From NCBI GenBank assembly GCA_002811645.1, contig PDIP01000112.1, positions 1-64,000 of the forward strand: a DNA stretch of 64,000 nt, written 5' to 3'. This document shows, in pieces, positions 56,171 through 64,000 of this stretch (its first letter is position 1; every line of letters starts with the position of its first letter). The notes below the pieces were generated by a model that searched no databases, was not told the origin of the DNA, and saw only the letters and a list, made by a program, of their open reading frames with translations. This DNA is from Corallochytrium limacisporum Hawaii. Taxonomy: Eukaryota; Protista; Pluriformea. Made by a program: the position numbers and the translations under genes.

Positions 56171-58672
56171 ATGTCGAGGTTTTCTCATGATGATCTTTAC
56201 CACGACGGTGAAGAAGAGGACCAGAAAGTCGTTGAGATGAGTAGGGAAACCAGATCTAGTCGGCACCGGGATCGAAATGGCGGCCGTACCCGAGATTCCG
56301 GTCAGGCTGAAGCGACTTCAGCACACAATATTGTACCTGACGAAGTAGACATGGATCAATCCGGCGTAACGGTCAATAATGCATCGTTGCAGGTGCATCG
56401 GGAAGGATCTGCGAATTCGAGCAGAGTGTTGAGCGGAATGGATGCCATTACGGAAACACACACAGACCACGACACGAACAGCGAGAGCAGTCGACTCCCC
56501 GGCGAACCCGGTTCCCTCAATGATGTGCCCTTGACCAGTAGCATTGTGGCCAACAGCAAGCGGCAGGCAGTCGAAATGGAGGATTCGAACGAGGACGACA
56601 ACAGAGTAAACGAAGACGAGTATACTCGCCGCAGTAGCCGAAACAAGCGCCGTCGGGATAACAACAATAACCGCAGTGGCAGTGAGCATTCCGCATCGAC
56701 ATCGGCCACAATCAAGACCGGTGCGACAGGATGCAGTAGCACATTGATGGCAGGCACGTCCGCAGCAAATCGCTCCACGGCAGCTGGTCCTGGTGCAGCT
56801 GCAAATGATGCCCATCCGGCAGGCATCAGTTCTCACAGTCGCACCACGCAGACTGCTCTAGACATGAGTGACATGATGGCTCAAGGTAGAGGGATGCCGG
56901 TTAGGCAACAGCAGCCACAGCAGCAGGGTTACCTGCAGACGACAACGAAAACCTTTGCCACCCCCCGACAGAACGTGGTGAATTCGCACGGCGACAGCCC
57001 GCCGGAGGCCCCCATTGTAAGCAGCGCCGTAGCCGTATCACCAGCAGCCGTCCAAACCCAGATCAATAATACCCACACCCACGTCGCCACCGCTGGTGCC
57101 AGTTGGATGGGTACCGACCACTTGGAAACTAACAATGCCGCTGAACCGTCGACGACGGCCACCGCATCAGGCCATCTGCCTGCGGGCAACTTTAACAAGC
57201 ATATACGCAACCTAGTGGGCCGCCAAAACTCTGCCAGTAACTATCACAGGCACAGTGGCGATCATGAAGTAAATGTGCCGTCAGGCTCGCATGCAGAGGG
57301 CACCGCTGGTGGAGGCAGTGGTGGGAAAGGGAAAGCACCGACCACGACCACCGGTGACGCTGTGCGTCATGGCAGCTACCGTGACTCCCGTCGTCGGGAG
57401 AGTCGGCAGAAGAGTCACCGTGGCAGCCACCGTGAGAGTCACCGTGATGGTAAGCGTGAATCGCGCCAGCATTCGCGGGCCTCGCGTCGTGGAGTCCGGG
57501 GAACATCGGACCGTCAAATTGAGAAGATCAAACATAATACCAGTCGTCACACGTCGCAGAACAAACACAGTGGCCGTCGGCACGGTCGACACAGCGGCCG
57601 TAGCCGTTCGCACGACCACAACCGCCGGTCAAAATACGATGATCACAACGACCACTACAGATTCCGTCGCGGTGAGACTCTGTACGGTAAGTATAAGGTC
57701 CGGGGTTTGCTCGGCGAAGGTACCTTTGGCCAGGTTGTGGAGTGCGAAGACAGGGATCGCGGTGGTCAGGTCGCGGCCGTGAAAATTATCCGCAGCACCC
57801 CCAAGTACAGGGACGCGGCAAAGATTGAAGTGAAGATTCTCAAGGACCTAAAGGCGGCCAATGGGGGCAAACATCACTACTGCGTGGAGCTGCTCGATTG
57901 GTTTGACTACCGCGGGCACATTTGCATTGTCTTTCGCCGCCTGGGGTTGAGTATCTTTGACTTTCTGAAGCAGAATGAATTCAAACCATACCTTGTGGAG
58001 CACATTCAGGCCTTTGCGCATCAACTGTTTACGGCCATTGACTTTATGCACCGAACCCACTATATCCACACCGACCTCAAACCCGAGAACATTTTGCTCA
58101 TGAGCAGCGAGGCCCTGTCGACCTACCACCCCAAGTACGGCAGCTACCGCCGGCTGCTGAACCCGGAGATCCGTCTCATCGACTTTGGATCCACGCACCA
58201 TGAACGCAGTCACCACTCCAGCGTAGTGAGCACGCGTCACTACCGGGCACCTGAGATCATGCTTGGACTGGGCTGGTCGTACCCTTGTGACCTTTGGAGC
58301 ATTGGCTGCATCTTGATCGAACTTTATACGGGCCATGTCCTCTTCCAGACCCACGATAATCTGGAACATCTTGCCATGATGCAGAAGGTTATTGGTCCCA
58401 TCCCCGAGGATATCGTGGAGGCATGCCCGAAGACCAAATACTTTAGCCACCGCCGCCTGCGGTGGCCGAACAGCGATGTTCCATCATCCTCGATTAAGTT
58501 CATCAATGCCCAGTGTCACCCCCTTTTCGAATATAAGCGGGAGAATGGTCAGGTGCACGACGATCTCATCGACCTCCTCAGCAAGCTGCTCCAATTCAAT
58601 CCCCGTCACCGCCTAAGCGCCCGTGAAGCTCTGGAGCATCCATTCTGCCGCAGTTTGTCACCTTCATCTTAG
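56171..58672 (+). CDS. CLK/LAMMER dual-specificity kinase with a long low-complexity, RS/H-rich N-terminus
   Basis: LGEGTFG, HTDLKPEN, DFGS, VSTRHYRAPE, EHLAMMQK. Confidence 0.95.
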   Translation: MSRFSHDDLYHDGEEEDQKVVEMSRETRSSRHRDRNGGRTRDSGQAEATSAHNIVPDEVDMDQSGVTVNNASLQVHREGSANSSRVLSGMDAITETHTDHDTNSESSRLPGEPGSLNDVPLTSSIVANSKRQAVEMEDSNEDDNRVNEDEYTRRSSRNKRRRDNNNNRSGSEHSASTSATIKTGATGCSSTLMAGTSAANRSTAAGPGAAANDAHPAGISSHSRTTQTALDMSDMMAQGRGMPVRQQQPQQQGYLQTTTKTFATPRQNVVNSHGDSPPEAPIVSSAVAVSPAAVQTQINNTHTHVATAGASWMGTDHLETNNAAEPSTTATASGHLPAGNFNKHIRNLVGRQNSASNYHRHSGDHEVNVPSGSHAEGTAGGGSGGKGKAPTTTTGDAVRHGSYRDSRRRESRQKSHRGSHRESHRDGKRESRQHSRASRRGVRGTSDRQIEKIKHNTSRHTSQNKHSGRRHGRHSGRSRSHDHNRRSKYDDHNDHYRFRRGETLYGKYKVRGLLGEGTFGQVVECEDRDRGGQVAAVKIIRSTPKYRDAAKIEVKILKDLKAANGGKHHYCVELLDWFDYRGHICIVFRRLGLSIFDFLKQNEFKPYLVEHIQAFAHQLFTAIDFMHRTHYIHTDLKPENILLMSSEALSTYHPKYGSYRRLLNPEIRLIDFGSTHHERSHHSSVVSTRHYRAPEIMLGLGWSYPCDLWSIGCILIELYTGHVLFQTHDNLEHLAMMQKVIGPIPEDIVEACPKTKYFSHRRLRWPNSDVPSSSIKFINAQCHPLFEYKRENGQVHDDLIDLLSKLLQFNPRHRLSAREALEHPFCRSLSPSS

Positions 58673-60103
58673 GAAGGATCGGAAGTTCGCATCGATTACG
58701 TTCGCTAGACGCATAGTGTGCGTTATTTGCCACATCATGACCGATTACATATTTATGACTTTCAGCACCATCACCATAATTGCAAACCGTCCAGTTCCCC
58801 ATTCTGGAAGTCTCTACCCTCAACGTGCCCGTTGATGCTGTCAAATTGCCGTTGCGACGGTGTGCCCATCCGTGTCCCACAAACCCGTCCCTTTGGACCT
58901 TGGGGTCTGGCCGGCGATCGCAAAGGGAGGCGGGACAGAACAATGGCCAAATCCCGTAATGAGGCCCCCCTTCAACCCTTGGGTCTCAGGTTAAGAAACA
59001 TAAAAAAAAGAAAAAAAAAAAGAAAAGAGGGAGAGAAAAAGGAGGAGAGAAGTGTCACAAATCTCATCGCTTTTTGCCTCTGCTGGGCCAATGGGCCCAG
59101 TACTGGAACAAACTGCCCCTCACTTTCACCAAAACGAAAAAAAAAAAGAGGTGAAAAGAACGAGATTTTTTCTATTTGAAGAAAATATTCTCGTGTTGGA
59201 AGGGGAGGGTTGCAATTGGGAGCTGGGTCGGTTGGAAGGCCAAGCGGGAGAAAAAGCACCGAACACTTCACTTCCGGGCCCGAGGGGGAACCCCCGGGGG
59301 GGGGGGGTCTCCAGGCAAAGCTTCCCTCCTTACTCCCAAAAGAACCGAAAGGAAACACAGCTACGAAATACAAACCCTTTAAGAAACTAAAACACAACAA
59401 AGGAGAAAGAAAGAAAAAAAGGGGGGGGCCGGGGGAAAGGAGAGAGTTGGCAGCAACCGGGGAAACTTCAAAAAGCCGGGAACAAATACAAAAAGGCAAA
59501 AGGGCAAAAGCAAAAAAAATATATAGAAAGAAAGCAAGGTACAGGGCGGTGGTAATAAAAACTGTGTAGAATATATCATCACATGAGTGGCTTTTTCTGT
59601 TAAAGTATTCAATTCAAAGTTTCCGTTCTTACACACGTCCCCCTCCCCCCAACAACACACACACCCGTCCGGTCACTTCGTACAAGAATGCCTCTCTCTC
59701 GCTCACTCTCTCTCTCTCTCTCTCTGTGTGCCGGCCAGTGTTGGACGGACATGGCAGTCTCACCAACAAAACACCACCTCCTCAGTTCGCGGCCTTCGGA
59801 AATCCAAGAAAAAAAAAAGGGGGGCGCGCGTCGCTTAAAGGAGGGGAGCCGTAGGGAAAAGATCGTAAACCCAAAAAGTAAAATTAGGAATTAAAAGAAA
59901 AAGGGAGAGACAGAGAGACATGGACCTGTGTGTGGCCCCGGTGGGGGTGGTGGTGGTGGCGTACGCGTCTGGGCCCTGGTTGGCTCTTTCTACCTTCGGC
60001 GATGGCCGGAGGGGGGAGGGAAGGGAGGTTGTGTGGTTCCTGGGCCTCACCCTCCCCTGAACATCTCCCGGATACATTCCTGAGCACCAACGTTTGTCCC
60101 GGT

Positions 60104-60158
60104 GCAGAGCAGAGCAGAGCAGAGCAGAGCAGAGCAGAGCAGAGCAGAGCAGAGCAGA
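60104..60158. repeat. (GCAGA)n microsatellite, about 11 units
   Basis: Read directly from the sequence. Confidence 0.9.
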
Positions 60159-61100
60159 GAGAGAGCGCCGGCCCAAAGAATGCCAAAGAAAAATACCAAG
60201 GAAAAATGAAAATCTTGTCCTTTTCGTCTCTCTGTCTCTTTTCTTTCTACCACTACCATCGTTCCTCCGGCCCCTACCTCTCCCCCCCCTATCCTTCCCT
60301 TCCCTTTTCATACTTAACCCAACCAACCAACCGCTTCTCTCTTTCCCTTCTCTCTTCCCCAGGGGTACGTGGGCCTGCCTGCCGGTCTTTTTCCATTATT
60401 TTCCTTGTTGGTTGCTCCGCAGCTTTTTCTTAGAGGGCCCGCCATTTTTTCATAATTCCTGCGCGTAGGTATGGGGATCCCACAAGAACAGACACACCGC
60501 CCCGATATCTTTAGAATATAAAGGAAAAAGGTTGCAAGAAAAGGGGAAAGAATACACTTTTTTTGGGCGGTTGGTGGTGGCTCGCTCGCGATGGAAGAGG
60601 GAAGGGAAGCAGCAGCGGGAAAGGGGGGAAGGACCAGCCCCCCCCCCCCTTTTTCTTTTTTAACCACCCAAACCCCAGCCCCAGAGATCGGCGGAGGCGA
60701 TCTCTGGGTGAGTGTGTGTGTTGCGCCTTGGAATGGCAACTGACCCCAAGGGTCACGGCGGAGCCACACTCGACCGACCCTTGGGTTCCCAGCCATTGTG
60801 AGGAACGGCAGAGATTCAGGTGTTCTTGACTTTGTGGTCTTGTTTGGAAAACGGTGTGGGAAGAAATGGAGATGAATGATGTTGTATGTTCTTCAGGGTT
60901 ATGGAAGATACCCGCTGTTGCGGTTCAAAGGGTAGTTCACGGCGCGGTGTCCGTGGTGAAGGACGAGTGGCTGACATTGCATCCGAGACAGAAACAGGGA
61001 AATCGCTTTGTGAGGAAATACGACAATCGTGGCTTTGCGGGACCATTAGTTTCTTCAATCCCTTTCCTGACCATTTGCTTTCCAAGAGTCTCAGACCAAG

Positions 61101-64000
61101 ATGGCTCCCGAGACAACAATCTCGGAATCAGAGGGCACAAGAAGGAGTATGGACCAACCCTCCGGTTCCCGGAATAGGAACCGTGACCGAGCTGGCATTG
61201 TCACTGTTCATGTGAAGAAGGCAGAGGGCTTGCAGGCCAAGGACCTGGGCGGGACCAGTGATCCTTTTGTAGTATTCAAGGTCAATGGGAAGAAAGTAGC
61301 GCAGTCCAGGACCGTGTACAAGAACCTGAACCCGGTTTTCAATGATACAGTTGAATTTGAGACCAGTGGAGCAACAGAGTTGGAATGTCTTGTGTATGAC
61401 TATGACCGCTTCAATGCGAATGATCTATGTGGTACTGGTGTGCAGACATTGTTGTCACTTGCTCACATGGAAGAGATGTCGGTGGTGGTTAATTTGGAAC
61501 CCAAGGGGTTTTTGCACCTTACTCTACGCCTGATCAATCCCTTCTTGCTGAGTAGTAGACCGCAGGACTGTGTCAAGGTACTGGAGGGGGGTACTTCTTT
61601 GCTCAAGGCAACCAAACGAAACAGACTGCATCGTCGAACCTTCAAGGTCAACGACACCGGCTCAGAACTTCTGTGGAACTCACCAACCAAACGGGCGGCC
61701 AAAACACTGATCCACTTTTCCGATGTTCAGGAGATTCGTACTGGTAATTTGTCGAGTCAGATTAGTGCACGGTGTCCGGAGGAATGCAAAGAGTGGGGCA
61801 TTCAAGTCATTCACGGTGGTAACTTTAATGTTTTGCAACTGGTGTGTGACTCGCAGGCAGAGTTTGACATTTGGCGGGTTGGCCTGGACACGCTCATGAA
61901 GAAAGGCCACGGTAGCATCAGCGATATTCAGACCAACTGGCTACGCAAGCAGTGGCTAATTGCCGACACAGATTCCAGTGGAACACTGGACTTTGAGGAA
62001 GTGTACACCTTGCTCAAGAAGTTGAGTGCTGAGGAGTCACGGGCCCACTTGCAGACTCGATTCGAGGACATGAACAAGGACATCAAGACCGATGAATTGG
62101 AATTTGACGAGTTCCGCGATCTCTGGCGCCAACTGACTGAGCGTCCTGAGATCCGTAAACTCTGGGAGGTGCACGCCAAGAAGCACGGCGGTGTCTACAT
62201 GACGGCATTGGAACTGCAGGAGTTCCTGGCTGAAGAACAGGGCCAAAAGATTGATCTATCGGAAGTGGAGACAGTCATGGCGGAAGTGGAGCCCTCACAA
62301 GAAGCCAGCTCTGCCGGCATTCTCACGTATGATGGCTTCCTTGATCTCATGACCACCGAATTCATGGCACCGATAGATCGTGAGGTCACCTCCGCTGTGT
62401 ACCAAAACATGAATCAGCCCCTTACTCACTACTGGATCAACTCTAGCCATAATACGTACCTACTGGGTGATCAGTTGCGCTCTAAGTCGAGCGTTGAAGC
62501 ATACATTCGGGCCCTCCAGCGCGGTTGTCGCTGCGTGGAGCTGGACTGCTGGGATGCAGATGACGGTGACCCGTGTATCTATCACGGCAAGACTCTAACA
62601 TCCAAGATTAAGTTTAATGACGCCATCCAGGCCATCAAGGACTACGCTTTTGTCGCCAGTGACTACCCCGTGATTCTCAGTCTGGAGAACCATTGCAGTC
62701 TGCCCCAGCAGACCAAGATGGCCGCATACATGAAGGACATTCTGGGAGACCTTTTGGTGCAGGACTATATTGATGGTGATGACGATATAGATTTCCTGCC
62801 GTCACCAGAGGCTCTGAAGAACAAGATCATTGTGAAAGGCAAGCGGTTGCCTAAGGACGCGACCATCGTTGAGACGGAAGAAGGTGCGGCTGCGGAGGAT
62901 TTTGAAGAGGACGACTCCGACGAGGACGCCAAGTACGATGATGATGAAAGTGGTGAGCTGTCTCGCTCCACTCCCGGTTCAGCCACCGATGTTGCCATTC
63001 CAGAAGGAAACGCCGTTCCCCCGACCGAAATCCAGGTCGACGGGAGTCAGACTACGGCAGCCGGAGGAGAGGCCGAACCTAGCACAGAGACTTCTGGCAA
63101 GGAAAAGAAACTCACTCGCCGGGGTAGCACGACCTCCGACACGGATAGCATTGGCAAGAAGTCCGGGGCGACTACTAAGCGGGCCAAGTCTGGAAAGAAC
63201 AAATCCAAGCCCAAGAAGAAGAAACCCATGAAAATCGCTGTGGAACTGAGCAACCTAGTCGTCTACTGCGCTTCTGTCCATTTCGGTGGCTTCGCCCAGT
63301 ACCGCGAGAAGTTTAAATGCTGGCAAATGTCCAGCTTTGCGGAGAAGAAAATGGAACGGCTGTGCGAGAATCATGCGGAAGACTACGTCGATCACAACAA
63401 GAAGTACCTGAGCCGAATCTACCCTGCTGGCACTAGAGTGGATTCGTCCAACTACAACCCAGTCGCTGCATGGGCATCCGGCTGCCAAATTGTCGCCCTG
63501 AACTTCCAGACTGACGACGAACCCATGCAAATTAACCGGGGCAAGTTTCTGGATAATGGTGGCTGTGGCTACGTTCTCAAGCCGAAGTACATGCGCGAGC
63601 CCGGATTCCACACATTTGATCCGAGGAAACCAGGCAAGGAGAAGCAGACCCTTCGTATCCATCTGATATCGGGTCAACGCATCCCCAAGGTTGCCGGTAC
63701 CACCGCAGGCAAGGATAAGATTGACCCTTACGTCAAGTTTAAGATGGTAGGCTGCACTCAAGACACGCAACATACCAAGAGTACCATGGTCAAGGATAAC
63801 GGCTTTAATCCGAAGTGGAACGAGGAGTTTTGCTTCCCTCTCTGTGCTCCCGAGGTTGCCCTGCTGCGCATTGAGATCTGGGACGAGGGCTACAAGAACT
63901 CCTACATTTGCCAGTCCGTGCTGCCCGTGAACCTCTTACGCCCTGGCTACCGGCACGTTCGCATGCTTAACAACCATGGCGATGACTTGAACTGCACTCT
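61101..64000 (+). CDS. Phosphoinositide phospholipase C (delta-like), domain order C2-PH-EF-X-Y-C2; runs off the window end
   Basis: Absent from the ORF track because it has no stop in the window. ATG 61101 MAPETT..; C2 (VHVKKAEGLQAKDLGGTSDPFV..KNLNPVFN); PH; X box (HYWINSSHNTYL..GCRCVELDCWD..IYHG); Y box (RIYPAGTRVDSSNYNP..QIVALNFQT); C-terminal C2. Confidence 0.93.
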   Translation, partial: MAPETTISESEGTRRSMDQPSGSRNRNRDRAGIVTVHVKKAEGLQAKDLGGTSDPFVVFKVNGKKVAQSRTVYKNLNPVFNDTVEFETSGATELECLVYDYDRFNANDLCGTGVQTLLSLAHMEEMSVVVNLEPKGFLHLTLRLINPFLLSSRPQDCVKVLEGGTSLLKATKRNRLHRRTFKVNDTGSELLWNSPTKRAAKTLIHFSDVQEIRTGNLSSQISARCPEECKEWGIQVIHGGNFNVLQLVCDSQAEFDIWRVGLDTLMKKGHGSISDIQTNWLRKQWLIADTDSSGTLDFEEVYTLLKKLSAEESRAHLQTRFEDMNKDIKTDELEFDEFRDLWRQLTERPEIRKLWEVHAKKHGGVYMTALELQEFLAEEQGQKIDLSEVETVMAEVEPSQEASSAGILTYDGFLDLMTTEFMAPIDREVTSAVYQNMNQPLTHYWINSSHNTYLLGDQLRSKSSVEAYIRALQRGCRCVELDCWDADDGDPCIYHGKTLTSKIKFNDAIQAIKDYAFVASDYPVILSLENHCSLPQQTKMAAYMKDILGDLLVQDYIDGDDDIDFLPSPEALKNKIIVKGKRLPKDATIVETEEGAAAEDFEEDDSDEDAKYDDDESGELSRSTPGSATDVAIPEGNAVPPTEIQVDGSQTTAAGGEAEPSTETSGKEKKLTRRGSTTSDTDSIGKKSGATTKRAKSGKNKSKPKKKKPMKIAVELSNLVVYCASVHFGGFAQYREKFKCWQMSSFAEKKMERLCENHAEDYVDHNKKYLSRIYPAGTRVDSSNYNPVAAWASGCQIVALNFQTDDEPMQINRGKFLDNGGCGYVLKPKYMREPGFHTFDPRKPGKEKQTLRIHLISGQRIPKVAGTTAGKDKIDPYVKFKMVGCTQDTQHTKSTMVKDNGFNPKWNEEFCFPLCAPEVALLRIEIWDEGYKNSYICQSVLPVNLLRPGYRHVRMLNNHGDDLNCT

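Overview
Left end of a eukaryotic chromosome. The window opens with (CCCTAA)n telomeric repeats, followed by about 13 kb of subtelomere carrying orphan, mostly secreted Cys-rich genes. After that comes a run of intronless housekeeping and signalling genes: ILK, an SLC35A4-uORF/STMP1-like microprotein, ADCK/ABC1 kinase, cathepsin-L-like 26/29-kDa protease, XenA-type old yellow enzyme, front-end desaturase, Sec-containing selenophosphate synthetase with SECIS, a securin candidate, AlkB dioxygenase, SNF5, sterol C4-methyl oxidase, KDM5, TRM112, an SDR, CLK/LAMMER kinase and a PLC with an extra N-terminal C2 domain. ILK together with the lack of introns suggests an intron-poor unicellular holozoan such as Corallochytrium (inference). 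The main discovery is an ORF-free, heavily base-paired minus-strand segment at about 15.6-17.0 kb. It has the complete, correctly ordered core of a telomerase RNA: enclosing helix, template-boundary hairpin, template CUAACCCUAA matching this chromosome's telomere, and an H-type pseudoknot able to form U.A-U triples. All pairings and protein similarities were worked out by eye or from memory and need computational confirmation.
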